NCBI GenBank assembly: GCA_964549305.1
Contig: CAZJVM010000009.1
Span: 1-57,330 of the forward strand
DNA length: 57,330 bases
Direction: 5' to 3'
DNA from: an uncultured bacterium
GTDB lineage: Bacteria > Schekmanbacteria > GWA2-38-11 > J061
The notes beneath the pieces are model-generated. The model worked only from the letters and a program-made list of their open reading frames with translations, was not told the DNA's origin and made no database searches. Every line of letters begins with the position of its first letter. Position 1 is the first letter of the stretch. The translations under genes were made by a program, and so were the position numbers. Below, in pieces: positions 19,967 through 30,165 of the stretch.

Positions 19967-20094
19967 TGACGGCACAGGAAAAAGAGTTGGATGCAAGGCG
20001 CGCGAAAGCTGAGGAATGAGGCGTACGTGTTTGTACGTTGCAATGACGAGGATTGAAGTGCAACAAAGCAGACGGACTTTTACTGAAGCCGTCA
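19967..20094. mobile_element. ~128-bp miniature inverted-repeat (MITE/REP-like) element
   Basis: Ends TGACGGC (19967-73) / GCCGTCA (20088-94), with AAAAG/CTTTT inner arms. The core GCAAGGCGCG...TGAGGAATGAGGCGTAC...GTACG...AATGACGA resembles a dispersed repeat I recognise from deltaproteobacterial genomes. Confidence 0.7.
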
Positions 20095-20169
20095 CGGAGC
20101 ATATTGTTTATATGTAAGCATTTTCGAGCAGAAGTCTGACACAGTATATCGCCAAAGGCAACATCCACA

Positions 20170-20694
20170 TCATCCGGTCCAGGTGATATTGCGAAATCCC
20201 GCCCTCGTATTGCGATACCTAATCACATCGGGTTCAATCTTTATCACCCTGTAGTTGAATTCACCGGAAAGGCGTTTTGGATCAAGTCCCATTATTTCAA
20301 GGCACTCGCTGAACTTTGCGGGAGACGATTTTGAAGAGATAACCTGCGCTTTTCCCCACATCTGAAGTCCCTTTGCGCCGAAAAAATCCTTTTTGGAGTC
20401 ATAGGGAGATGCCATCGATAACGCGACCTTTTTGTTTTTTCTCAGGTTTGCGAACTTCCCTCCTCCTTCGGAAAAGATATAGATAGTAAGTCCGAAATGT
20501 TTGTATTCAAGCGGTGTTACGCGGGGATTGTCATCGTGTGTCGTGCCGAGATGAAGCACCTTGTTTTTATCCATATAACGGCAGACTTCCTTTTCAAATT
20601 CTTCAACGGAGATTTTATCTTTAAGGGTAATGCCGTTTTTTTTAAAGACTTCCAAAAGGCGCGGTGAAAATTTTGGAACTGAAATTTTAGGCAC
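20170..20694 (-). CDS. pyridoxamine 5'-phosphate oxidase family protein
   Basis: VLHLGT..DDNPRVTPLEY, SEGGGKFANLRKNKKVAL, KGLQMWG, IKIEP; GTG start with AAGGA. Confidence 0.8.
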   Translation of the reverse strand: MPKISVPKFSPRLLEVFKKNGITLKDKISVEEFEKEVCRYMDKNKVLHLGTTHDDNPRVTPLEYKHFGLTIYIFSEGGGKFANLRKNKKVALSMASPYDSKKDFFGAKGLQMWGKAQVISSKSSPAKFSECLEIMGLDPKRLSGEFNYRVIKIEPDVIRYRNTRAGFRNITWTG

Positions 20695-20719
20695 AATAAT
20701 TCCTTTTTAAGAAAAGAAA

Positions 20720-20790
20720 CTGGGAGACCAGGATTCGAACCTGGATAGGCAGAGTCAGAGTCTGCAGTCCTACCATTAGACGATCTCCCA
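20720..20790 (-). tRNA. tRNA-Gln (anticodon CTG)
   Basis: Reverse complement TGGGAGATCGTCTAATGGTAGGACTGCAGACTCTGACTCTGCCTATCCAGGTTCGAATCCTGGTCTCCCAG: acceptor TGGGAGA/TCTCCCA, anticodon stem GCAGA/TCTGC around CTG, T-arm CCAGG-TTCGAAT-CCTGG; CCA not encoded. Confidence 0.95.
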
Positions 20791-20863
20791 AAAAGTTTTA
20801 TTTTTATAATTCAGAGAAAAAGATTTGTCAATTGATTCAGCGGCAAAATCATTTACGGCTTGT

Positions 20864-22486
20864 TTAATAATCAATTTTCCATATGACAAAGATAGTCTTA
20901 TCGCCAAAATGATCATAAACAGCGGAACGATAAATCTCGTCATCTTTTTCAAGAACAAGGTCCCCTCCCGGTTTGTCATAAAGGTGGCTGAAACTCCTGA
21001 AAAGATAGCTTCTGTAAGTGCCATCGCGCACGCCTGGATTGTTCCAGAAAGCGTGATGGGCAAAATACTTTATTCCCTTGTCCTTTATATACTGAAGCAT
21101 CTTTCCTTCCCTGAGATAGTCCTGCAGTTCAAAGTTGTTTATCACACCGTCAATATTCACGACTTTTCGTTCTGAAAAATAGGCGATTATTCCCGCGTCT
21201 TCCACCATAAAAATATCATCGGGACTGCTATTCTCTTTTATCCAAAGACCTTCCTTATATGCCCTGTACTGGAACTTATTGTTTAAAGTCCTCTTTACCG
21301 AAATTACCTGAACGGAAACCGCTGTTACCAGGGCGAGAGGAACTACAACCTTACTCACAAATACCATTTTGTCGATTTTAAGAATTTTTTCGCACATAGC
21401 AGTCAAAGCATTTATGATAAGGGGACTTACAAGAAGCATGAAAACAACATAGCCCGCGAAATGCCATCTGAATACAGCCCACTTCATAAAGAATATGGTG
21501 TCAAAAAAATGAAGCACCACATACATTGCTAAAATGGTAAGAATAGAGGCATATTCATCTTTCGCGCCCAGATTGGATATGACTTCTTTTTTAAACAATA
21601 ATACTGCAAGATAAATGAGGGCGATAAAAAAGATGAGTGCGAACTCCCTGAATTCCGGGAAATATCCGCTATGAAAGGAGGGTACCGGGAATGAATGCTT
21701 AAGACTTCCGCTAATGGGAGTAATGTGGGAGAATTTCAGATAATTCAGAATAAGATAGGGTGATGTTATTAAAATTACGGGAATTGAGAACGCGACGCTT
21801 TTTTCAAGAAAAATTTTAATCCTGTTCTGAAACGACGAATTTTTTCCGTTGATGATAACACTGCCCATAAGATAAATTGCCACTGAGGCAAAAAGAAAAA
21901 CGGAGTCGAGACGCGCAAGAAACACAACGGCAAATATTACGCCTGCAAGAAGATTCTTTCCCGTTGAGGCGTGGGATGTAAATATCCTGTTTTCAATGCA
22001 GTAATTCACAGTAAATAAAAAAAGAAGAATCAGAAGTCCTGCCTCGACGCCGTATTCCGTTTGATTCAAATATCTGGGCCATAAAAAAAAGGCCAAAGCA
22101 ATCAGCGGATAGGGAGCGCCGAATCGTTTGTAAATAATCTTTCCTGAAAGGAAAATGATTCCCGCAAGAATTATCGTCTGGAGAGTCATTACAAGATGAA
22201 TAGATAATTCCGGACTTCCCTTCGAAAAAAAGAAGATTGGCAGAAGGCACAACATCCACAGTGGGTGATAACCGTTTGTGGGGTTTATGCCGTCGAATGT
22301 GGAACCTGCTCCGTTGATAATATTCCTTGCCGTTTGATAGTAATAGAAGGCATCATCTACTACCCTGCCGAGGAGAAAGGACATATCGAGCCACGAAAAG
22401 ACAAAGCGCATCAGAATAACCGCAAGCGCGACTGCGAAAAATAGTTTATTTTTTTTAATTAATTCAGCCATTTCCCCTGTAAGCAT
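20864..22486 (-). CDS. polytopic GT-C-like membrane glycosyltransferase
   Basis: DDAFYYYQTARNI..G.GSTFDG..PTNGYHPLW after TM1, ARLD, and C-terminal DAGIIAYFS...NIDG.IN. Confidence 0.75.
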   Translation of the reverse strand: MLTGEMAELIKKNKLFFAVALAVILMRFVFSWLDMSFLLGRVVDDAFYYYQTARNIINGAGSTFDGINPTNGYHPLWMLCLLPIFFFSKGSPELSIHLVMTLQTIILAGIIFLSGKIIYKRFGAPYPLIALAFFLWPRYLNQTEYGVEAGLLILLFLFTVNYCIENRIFTSHASTGKNLLAGVIFAVVFLARLDSVFLFASVAIYLMGSVIINGKNSSFQNRIKIFLEKSVAFSIPVILITSPYLILNYLKFSHITPISGSLKHSFPVPSFHSGYFPEFREFALIFFIALIYLAVLLFKKEVISNLGAKDEYASILTILAMYVVLHFFDTIFFMKWAVFRWHFAGYVVFMLLVSPLIINALTAMCEKILKIDKMVFVSKVVVPLALVTAVSVQVISVKRTLNNKFQYRAYKEGLWIKENSSPDDIFMVEDAGIIAYFSERKVVNIDGVINNFELQDYLREGKMLQYIKDKGIKYFAHHAFWNNPGVRDGTYRSYLFRSFSHLYDKPGGDLVLEKDDEIYRSAVYDHFGDKTIFVIWKIDY

Positions 22487-22748
22487 ATTACAACGAAATT
22501 ACAGAATTGATAAATGCTTTTCTGAAAGAATGCTAAAAACCGTAAAAATGAATCATAACATTCTATCGTCCGCGCTCCCTGTCCGTTTATTTTTAAATTT
22601 TTCAACAAACTCGATTTTTTAAATAACTCAACTTTGAAGGATATGAAGCAATTTCCGCTATGAAAAAGAAAAATCGTAGCCGAAATACCTTCTTTTTACA
22701 GTATAATGATATCATAAATATTGAGAGGAAAACTAAATCATATTTCAA

Positions 22749-24308
22749 ATGAAAAAAAACAACAAAGATTCACTGATTCGGACAATAATAATTCTTTTAT
22801 GCTTATCTGTTGCCGCTTCGTTCTTTTACTCCAATTACTCATTTTTTCATGACGACGCCTATATCACTCTTCGCTACGCGAGGAATTTTATAGAGGGTAA
22901 GGGAATTGTCTGGAATGAAGGAGAAAGGATTCAGGGATATTCGAACTTTCTTTTCCTTTTGCTTATTAGTCCGTTGGGCGCAATGGGCATTGACTTAAAG
23001 TCATCGGCGCGTATTGTTTCGCTCATATCGTTTCTAATGCTCATTATATCAATGTTTTATTATCCTTTGCTTCGAAAAAAAAGTCTAACGGATAAATCAA
23101 AGACCATCGACCTGCTTCCATTCATAATTGTATCAACCTCTTCACCTCTCATAGTTTGGATCAGGGGGGGGTTGGAAGGGGTGATGCTGACTGCGCTTAC
23201 GACTATTGCTCTTTTAACTTTTCTCGCAGGAATATCAAACTCAGAAAAATCCGGCACAATGTTGTTCGCGGTGAGCGGTTTTTTTTACTCTCTCTCCGCG
23301 CTTACGCGTCCCGACGCGGTGATTTTTTTCGCTGTTTCATTTCTTTTCCTCCTATTCTTCAATGAAGACAAAAACTTCAGGAAAACCGCTTCATTCCTCG
23401 TTCCCGCGCTTGTAATTTTTGCCCTCTACGGATTTTGGGCATTTAATTATTACGGAGATATTCTGCCAAATACTTTTTATGCGAAAGCCACGAATTTCAC
23501 CTTTCAAAAAGCCATATCCGGCAGCAAATATATCTTCAATTTTCTGATTGCGCCGCCCTTTATATTTCTCTTTGCCGCAATCTCCTACGCCTATGCTTGC
23601 GCAAAGAAGGAGGCGGGCAAAATCGAAAACTACCTGTTTTCACTGACGCTGATTTTTTTCCTCTACATAACCTATGTGGGAGGCGACCAAATGCCCGCTG
23701 TGAGGTTTCTTCTTCCGTTGATACCGGTAATTTCCCTGCTCCTCTATTTCACCGTTAAAAAGAATTTTTTCCACATTGAAGATAATGCGGGTCCGGTGGT
23801 TTGTTTGGTTTTTCTTGCTCTATCCCTGCTTCAGTTTTTCGTGCCTCATCTCAATCCGCAAAAAGAAAACCGGGCGTCATATCTTGGTACAATCGCGGGA
23901 AAATATATCTCGAAACATCTGCCTCCCGATTCCCTTATCGCTCTCAATACAGCAGGGTCAACCCCCTATTTTGCACCTCGTAACAGATACATCGATATGC
24001 TCGGACTGAACGATTATCACATTGCAAGAAGAAAAATCGACAAATATGAACTTCCCTGGCAGAAAATTCCGGGACACCTGAAGGGAGACGGAGAATATGT
24101 TTTGTCGCGCAATCCGGATTTCATCATCATCGGTCCTGCGCAGGGTTCTTCAATCGAAAAGCCGTGGTTTCTTTCAGACCTTGAAATATCTCGCCATAAA
24201 GGTTTTTCAGACAAATACCGTTTTAACAGGGTAATTCTCGATGAAAATGGAGAAATAGTTAAAAAAGGCGGTATGGTCTTTACCTACTACTCAAGGATAA
24301 AGGGTTAA
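22749..24308 (+). CDS. polytopic GT-C-like membrane glycosyltransferase (AftB-like motifs)
   Basis: [12 protein letters not shown]...[29 protein letters not shown]...[10 protein letters not shown]. Confidence 0.78.
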   Translation: MKKNNKDSLIRTIIILLCLSVAASFFYSNYSFFHDDAYITLRYARNFIEGKGIVWNEGERIQGYSNFLFLLLISPLGAMGIDLKSSARIVSLISFLMLIISMFYYPLLRKKSLTDKSKTIDLLPFIIVSTSSPLIVWIRGGLEGVMLTALTTIALLTFLAGISNSEKSGTMLFAVSGFFYSLSALTRPDAVIFFAVSFLFLLFFNEDKNFRKTASFLVPALVIFALYGFWAFNYYGDILPNTFYAKATNFTFQKAISGSKYIFNFLIAPPFIFLFAAISYAYACAKKEAGKIENYLFSLTLIFFLYITYVGGDQMPAVRFLLPLIPVISLLLYFTVKKNFFHIEDNAGPVVCLVFLALSLLQFFVPHLNPQKENRASYLGTIAGKYISKHLPPDSLIALNTAGSTPYFAPRNRYIDMLGLNDYHIARRKIDKYELPWQKIPGHLKGDGEYVLSRNPDFIIIGPAQGSSIEKPWFLSDLEISRHKGFSDKYRFNRVILDENGEIVKKGGMVFTYYSRIKG

Positions 24309-24318
24309 AAAAGGAAGT

Positions 24319-24969
24319 TCAGCGTGACACTCTTTCCACAATGTTGCCGGAATTTTTCAGCGCGCAGTTAACGGCATCATCTGAAAGTCCCGACGCTTTG
24401 AGTGCCGATTTGGCAAACTCTATTGTCACAAGGTCTCCGGGCGAATGGGTATCGGTATTAACGACAAGCAGTGCGCCAATTTCTCCCGCAAGTTTTGCAA
24501 CGTGTCCGTTTGAAAGTGAGTGTCCTCTTCTTGTGGTAATTTCAAGATACACTCCCCTCTCCTTTGCCATTGACACTTCTTCGGGACTGATAAGTCCGGG
24601 ATGTGCTACAATGTCAACGCCTGCTTCGATTGCGGCGCGGTTTGTTCCCTCCTTTACAGGTTCCACAAGGGTTTCTCCGTGCACCACTATAAGTTTCGCG
24701 CCCATCTCTCTCGCCCTTGCCGTAAGATCTGCTATCGTTTGCGGAGGGGTGTGCGTAAGTTCCACTCCTGCAATCACTTTCACGGGCTGAACCTTGTTCA
24801 GTTTTTCCGCAACATCGGATATTTTAGTTACAACCGATTCAAGATTTGACTCATCTACATGGTCGGTTATGGCTATGGCATTGTAGCCAATCACCTCCGC
24901 TCTTCTTACAAGCTCGGAAGGAACCAGTTCGCCATCACTGAAAAATGTGTGAGTGTGAAGATCTATCAT
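24319..24969 (-). CDS. PHP-domain phosphoesterase (histidinol-phosphatase-like family)
   Basis: DLHTHT.FSDG, ITDH, GVELTH, VVHGET, AHPG, NTDTH. Confidence 0.9.
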   Translation of the reverse strand: MIDLHTHTFFSDGELVPSELVRRAEVIGYNAIAITDHVDESNLESVVTKISDVAEKLNKVQPVKVIAGVELTHTPPQTIADLTARAREMGAKLIVVHGETLVEPVKEGTNRAAIEAGVDIVAHPGLISPEEVSMAKERGVYLEITTRRGHSLSNGHVAKLAGEIGALLVVNTDTHSPGDLVTIEFAKSALKASGLSDDAVNCALKNSGNIVERVSR

Positions 24970-25037
24970 AATGCACCCTTATAGTTGTTTATCCCTCTAA
25001 AAGAATACAGTAAGAGAATGCATTCAGCAAGATAAAG

Positions 25038-26285
25038 TTATGGCATCTGCCTGCCACTGGTCTTTTCAGCTCTAATCTTTTCATATAAGCCAACTATTCT
25101 GCCAATATGTTTTTTTTCGTTAAAATCGGATTCAATTTTCTTTCTGCCCTCTCTCCCGAATTCAATCAGTTTATCCTTGTTGCTGATAAAATAACCTATC
25201 TTTTCTCTTAGAGATTCAGGATTCTGTGATTCAAAAAGAAGTCCGTCACTGCCTTCGTTAATTAATTCCGGGATTCCGCCTATTCTGCTTCCTATTACCG
25301 GTTTTCCGCTTGCAAAAGACTCAAAGAGAGCAAGGGGAGAGTTTTCGTAACAGCGGGAGGGGATGACTGTAAACATCGCCCTGCTCAATATTTTTTTAAG
25401 TTCATCACCTCTTTTATAGCCCACAAACTCAACATTATTCAGTCCCCTTTTCCTTTTTATCTTCTCCAGGGTTTCTCTTTCAATACCGTCTCCCACTATG
25501 ACAAGTTTTTCTTTCCACGAAGGGTCAACTGCATTCAACAGCACATCTACGCCCTTCTCCTCTGACAACCTTCCGAAATAAAGATAATAATTATCATATT
25601 CCGGGGAAACCTTATAGTTTTTCACATTCACGAAGTTGGGAATATAGACAAGTTTATTGTCATCGATTACTCCGTAGCTTTTAATCTTTTCAAGCATAAA
25701 TCTGCTCGGACACACAAAACGGTCAACACCGTTATAAATACCTGAGAAGCGGTGAATAAACATTTCAAACGCCAAAAGCGCGCTTCCCGAATATGAATTT
25801 TTAACGCACCTGTTTATAACGGAATGAAGAAAATTTCCATTCGCGCAAAGCTCGCAGGACTCACCCTTTTTTATAAAGAGATATGAGGGGCAGAGAATCT
25901 TGAAATCGTGAAAAGTCTGAATTACGGATATGTCTTTTTTCTTCGCAACAGGAATGACCGATGGCGATATGTGATGGGCAATATTATGAAGGTGGACTAT
26001 ATCCGGTTTCACATCATCGAGCAATTTGGAAAATTTCCTCTTTGCCTCTGCCGAATAAACAACTCTGAAAGGCAGAAGCGCTTTATCCTTTATGCCGAGT
26101 TTTCCCTGAAGGTTGATATTTGAGACGAAGTAGGATGAATAGGAGGAATCAGAGTTTCTTTCATCCTTCATCGAAAAGGGAATTACTTCTATCCCCTTCT
26201 CTTCAAGGAGGCGTGTCAGTTCGAAGACGTATTTATCACTTCCGCCCTGAAGGTAATAAAACTTGTTTACTAAAACCGCCTTCAT
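25038..26285 (-). CDS. GT4 glycosyltransferase with Cys-rich insert
   Basis: PDIVHLHN, HDF...CP, YFGRLSEEKG, PS...EN.P....ES, GGIPE. Start MKAVLV overlaps the wzy stop (ATGA). Confidence 0.9.
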   Translation of the reverse strand: MKAVLVNKFYYLQGGSDKYVFELTRLLEEKGIEVIPFSMKDERNSDSSYSSYFVSNINLQGKLGIKDKALLPFRVVYSAEAKRKFSKLLDDVKPDIVHLHNIAHHISPSVIPVAKKKDISVIQTFHDFKILCPSYLFIKKGESCELCANGNFLHSVINRCVKNSYSGSALLAFEMFIHRFSGIYNGVDRFVCPSRFMLEKIKSYGVIDDNKLVYIPNFVNVKNYKVSPEYDNYYLYFGRLSEEKGVDVLLNAVDPSWKEKLVIVGDGIERETLEKIKRKRGLNNVEFVGYKRGDELKKILSRAMFTVIPSRCYENSPLALFESFASGKPVIGSRIGGIPELINEGSDGLLFESQNPESLREKIGYFISNKDKLIEFGREGRKKIESDFNEKKHIGRIVGLYEKIRAEKTSGRQMP

Positions 26286-27790
26286 GGGGATTGCAACCGT
26301 TTTTCCTGTTCGATTCCAATTCTTCGCTGAACTACGCCACTCATAAACCAAAATATATGCTGCATATATACGACTTCAATTGCCCTCTCGGGTACAATGG
26401 AAATACACAATATGACAAGCAACCCTATATTTCCAATGCATATTCCTTTCCAAAAAGGGTCATCGAGATATCTCATTCCAAAGCGCATTATTCTGAATCC
26501 TGTCCAGTAAATATAGCAGAAAACAGCCAGACCCAGAAGCCCCATTTCAGTTGATACAATGCTCAAATCGGGAGGATATCTCTGCTTCTGCTTTTTTTCT
26601 ATTGCTCCCGTGGGAAGGACCTGCGCTGCCCTTGACAGCGGAACGTTGAAATATATACCCGTATTGCTCACATACATCCCGGGGCCAACTCCAAGAAGTA
26701 CGGAAGCCCCTTCCTCGTTTAGAATCTTCCATCCCATTTTATAGTTATACATTCTCCCGTAACTTCTTCTTTCATCGAGTTTTCTTTCCACAATGGTTGA
26801 GGGTTGAAGAATATACAAATCTTCTCCATAGTACATTTCCTTAACACCGCTAACCGTAAAAAAGAAAATGCAGAGGACAACTACAATAACGGCAAGCACA
26901 TAAGACTTAACCAGTTCGAATATGCTTTTGATTTCCTGATGCATTATAAAGAAAAGCCCTATGGGGAAAAAATATATTGCGGATCGTCCCGAAGCGGTAA
27001 AAAAGGAAATCATATACCAGAAAAAAAGCGGCAGATAGATTTTAATTTTTTCCGGCATCGTCTTCATTAACCCGACAGTTATACACATCAGCATTGCTTC
27101 ATAAAGCGCAAGAAGGTTGGTCCCGCCTGAAAGTGTCCCTACGGCAAAATCGCTTTTCGATATGTGTTCTCTCTGAATATCTTCAGACATAAAAAGCAGC
27201 AAAGAAGAGAGAGTTTGCACCATAGAAATAACCAGAAAAAATTTAATATTCTTAACAAGAAATTCATCATCAAAGTCCAGTTGAACTATCGCATAATAAA
27301 GGAGAGCATATTGCACGAAAGTCCTGAGATTGAGTATAGCTATTTCAGGCGGCGTTAAATTTGCCACTGCAGAGATGAGTGTAACCAACCCCAATAATAA
27401 CATAGGAATATCCATTGGGGTACGCGTCAAAGGCTCTTTCCTTTGATATTTAACTATAATCCATCTCAGAGTCAACATTGCGAGAATGGCTGAATCCAGG
27501 TATTTAAATGCAGGCGGAAGAATGAAAAGTTTTGATGTTCCCCATGTCACTCCTCCGGTAATCAGGTTTCGCAGGGGAATCCATATAGTTACGAGATAAA
27601 CACAAGATTTAGTGCTGTAAAAAAGAATGAAAAAGAGAATTATTACCGGGATTGATAAAAAAAGGTCATAAACTCCCCATGGATGCGCAATGGTGTTTCT
27701 GTAAATATACACCATGAATATGGCAAAAAAGAATAAGAGACCTTTTCTGTAAAAAATAAGTTTCTTTATTTCTCTTCCCACTAATGCCAT
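26282..27790 (-). CDS. putative polysaccharide polymerase (Wzy / O-antigen ligase-like)
   Basis: About 11 TM segments, GTL.G.TN, SGRS, GR, LLGVGPG, TEMGLLG; inside the Wzx cluster. Confidence 0.7.
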   Translation of the reverse strand: MALVGREIKKLIFYRKGLLFFFAIFMVYIYRNTIAHPWGVYDLFLSIPVIILFFILFYSTKSCVYLVTIWIPLRNLITGGVTWGTSKLFILPPAFKYLDSAILAMLTLRWIIVKYQRKEPLTRTPMDIPMLLLGLVTLISAVANLTPPEIAILNLRTFVQYALLYYAIVQLDFDDEFLVKNIKFFLVISMVQTLSSLLLFMSEDIQREHISKSDFAVGTLSGGTNLLALYEAMLMCITVGLMKTMPEKIKIYLPLFFWYMISFFTASGRSAIYFFPIGLFFIMHQEIKSIFELVKSYVLAVIVVVLCIFFFTVSGVKEMYYGEDLYILQPSTIVERKLDERRSYGRMYNYKMGWKILNEEGASVLLGVGPGMYVSNTGIYFNVPLSRAAQVLPTGAIEKKQKQRYPPDLSIVSTEMGLLGLAVFCYIYWTGFRIMRFGMRYLDDPFWKGICIGNIGLLVILCISIVPERAIEVVYMQHIFWFMSGVVQRRIGIEQEKRLQSP

Positions 27791-27796
27791 AAATCT

Positions 27797-28954
27797 TTAT
27801 ATTCTTTCCATATATTTTAAAAAACTTTTCGCCTGTGCCTGCCAGGTGCCGTTTTTACGAATAATATCCACTCCTTTTTTACCTATTTGAGGAAGTCTTT
27901 CTCTCATAGAATATGCTTTTTTAATGCCTTCGGCAATATCTGCCGGAGAATTTGTGTTTATAAGAAAAATCGATTCAGATTCTTTTCCCATTATTCTATG
28001 AGATTCTATATCGGTTAAGATAACCGGTTTTCCCATTGCCATATATTCAAACAATTTCAAGGGACTGCTCATTCTCCACCATATTGAATCAGGAAAAGGC
28101 AATATGCCAATATCGCAGGCTTTTATATAATAGGGAATTTTATCATAACCTACGGCGTTCACATACAAAACACTCTCTGATAGTTTTTTTTCTTTAACGC
28201 GAATATTTATTTCCTTTTCGCTACCCCGTCCCACGAGCAACAGCAGTATATCGGAATAATGTTCCCGCGTAATTTCAAAAGCGTCAATAAGCTCCATTAT
28301 CCCCCTTGAGGGCGAGATGCCTCCATGGTACATAACTACGAATTTATCATCAATATTCAATTCTTTCTTAACCGATGATATTACATTGGGATTGAATTTT
28401 TCAGGGCAAACTCCTGAAGTCCACACTGCCATATTCTCTTTTTTTATATTGTAGTCAAATGCGAATTTTTCTCTGTAGATTTCCGTAATCACCGTAATTC
28501 CGTCGAAGAAATATTTTGCGAGATATACGCTTAAATCAAAGCGCGCTCTGTATAATTTATCTGTCAGACTGTATACATCAACAGGAACGCTTCGCACATC
28601 CATTACAAATTTAGATTTTAAAAGGCCGGCTTTCCTCAAAATAGCAAGCGGAAGAAGACTGGGTACGATAAAAGGGTCAACAAGAAAAATATCACATTTC
28701 CCCGATATAACGGATTTTAAGGCATAGAAAAATAACGACAATTGAAAAATAACGGATGAAATAAATCTTTTTCTCGGGTATGGAAGAAACACAAAAGAGA
28801 CATCACTGCTATTTATATTCGGGGGGTTATCGAATTCAGGCACGATAATCTCAACCTTGCAACCGCACTTTGCCAACTCCACTGCCATCTCGTACCACGT
28901 TGCTATATCGAGATTGATATTGAAATCCGTTTGAGTGATATAATAAATGTTCAT
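27797..28954 (-). CDS. GT4 glycosyltransferase
   Basis: MYHGG....RG, CDIGILP, SSPLKLFEYMAMGKPV. Confidence 0.9.
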   Translation of the reverse strand: MNIYYITQTDFNINLDIATWYEMAVELAKCGCKVEIIVPEFDNPPNINSSDVSFVFLPYPRKRFISSVIFQLSLFFYALKSVISGKCDIFLVDPFIVPSLLPLAILRKAGLLKSKFVMDVRSVPVDVYSLTDKLYRARFDLSVYLAKYFFDGITVITEIYREKFAFDYNIKKENMAVWTSGVCPEKFNPNVISSVKKELNIDDKFVVMYHGGISPSRGIMELIDAFEITREHYSDILLLLVGRGSEKEINIRVKEKKLSESVLYVNAVGYDKIPYYIKACDIGILPFPDSIWWRMSSPLKLFEYMAMGKPVILTDIESHRIMGKESESIFLINTNSPADIAEGIKKAYSMRERLPQIGKKGVDIIRKNGTWQAQAKSFLKYMERI

Positions 28955-30165
28955 TTTTCATTTAAAACCGCGTCATAGGCTTCCAGCAGTTTATCAGAAG
29001 CATAATCGAGTTTGTGGTTTTCCCTGAAGTATACTTCCGCTCTTTCTCCCATTTTTTCGCATAATTGCCTGTTATCAAGCAATTGCAACACTTTCGCCGC
29101 AAATTTTTCAGGCTCGTTTTCAATAGAAATATTGACATTATTTTCCACCTTCAAGCCCTGCACTCCTACTGAGGTTGTAACAATAGCCTTTTTCAGAGCC
29201 ATTGCTTCGAGAATCTTTGTCTTTATTCCGGTGCCTATGCGAAGCGGCGCAACATATAGCGCGGATTGTAAAATATGCGGTTTTACATCGCTCACTGCCC
29301 CCGTAACGGTTATATTTGGATGCTTTCCGAGTTCAACTATTTCCGTGCCTTCAGCAGAACCCACGATAATGAATTTCGCCTGGGGATTTTCAGACAAAAT
29401 AAGGGGAAAAATATCTTTACAAAAATACAAGACCGCGTCTCTGTTGAAAAACGCGTGCATACCTCCAACAAATATCATTGTGTTTTCTTCTGGTGCAGGA
29501 GCGTCTTTGGGAGCGTTAATATCCATTATCACCGGAATGAGCTTCGTTCTGTCAAGCGTTACGCTCTTTTTCAATACTTCAATATCATGGGAACTTATAA
29601 AAAATACCCAGTCGAAATTATTACATGATTTTATTTCATATCGCTTCGTTACGAAGTATTCAAAATATCTTATCGCTCTTTTTATTAATCTTTTTTCATA
29701 TGCGCCTATCTGTCTTATGGTTTCATAATAAGCGTCATTCGAAAGCATTACGGATGTGCTGTTTTTAATATATTTCGCGAACTTTGACGCATAGTAATAC
29801 TCTATCTGAACAAGGTCGTATTCATTTTCCTTTAGATGCGATTTGATTTTTTTTTCAATATCAGATGTCAGATTATCGCTTACGTCCCGGGGAATAAAAC
29901 AGAAAAGAAAAAGAAATTCTCTTTTAATTTTGTGCCATAAACGATGTGCAAAACTTCTATATGTGGGGTATTGGGCGGTTATAATAGTTTTACAATACTT
30001 CTTAAGTTCGCTCACATCTTTTTTATTTTCCTCAGACCGCACATGACATATCAACGAAACTTCATGTTTTTGAGAAAGGACTTTAATAAGGTTATAGCTC
30101 ACATGGTCTGTGCCGGCAAAAAGCGGATAAGGAAACCTCATCTTGATAATAAGAATTTTTTTCAT
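28951..30165 (-). CDS. GT4 glycosyltransferase
   Basis: FPYP..G, FVG.M...N.DA, VAPLRIGTGIKTKILEAMA. Start MKKILI overlaps the upstream stop (ATGA). Confidence 0.9.
   Translation of the reverse strand: MKKILIIKMRFPYPLFAGTDHVSYNLIKVLSQKHEVSLICHVRSEENKKDVSELKKYCKTIITAQYPTYRSFAHRLWHKIKREFLFLFCFIPRDVSDNLTSDIEKKIKSHLKENEYDLVQIEYYYASKFAKYIKNSTSVMLSNDAYYETIRQIGAYEKRLIKRAIRYFEYFVTKRYEIKSCNNFDWVFFISSHDIEVLKKSVTLDRTKLIPVIMDINAPKDAPAPEENTMIFVGGMHAFFNRDAVLYFCKDIFPLILSENPQAKFIIVGSAEGTEIVELGKHPNITVTGAVSDVKPHILQSALYVAPLRIGTGIKTKILEAMALKKAIVTTSVGVQGLKVENNVNISIENEPEKFAAKVLQLLDNRQLCEKMGERAEVYFRENHKLDYASDKLLEAYDAVLNEK

Noticed and set aside
19863-20168. 101-aa minus-strand ORF
   Set aside because: It runs through the inverted-repeat element; the translation is a by-product of the repeat.
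20720-20790. tRNA-Gln as the integration site of a genomic island
   Set aside because: No integrase and no duplicated tRNA 3' end noticed in the window.
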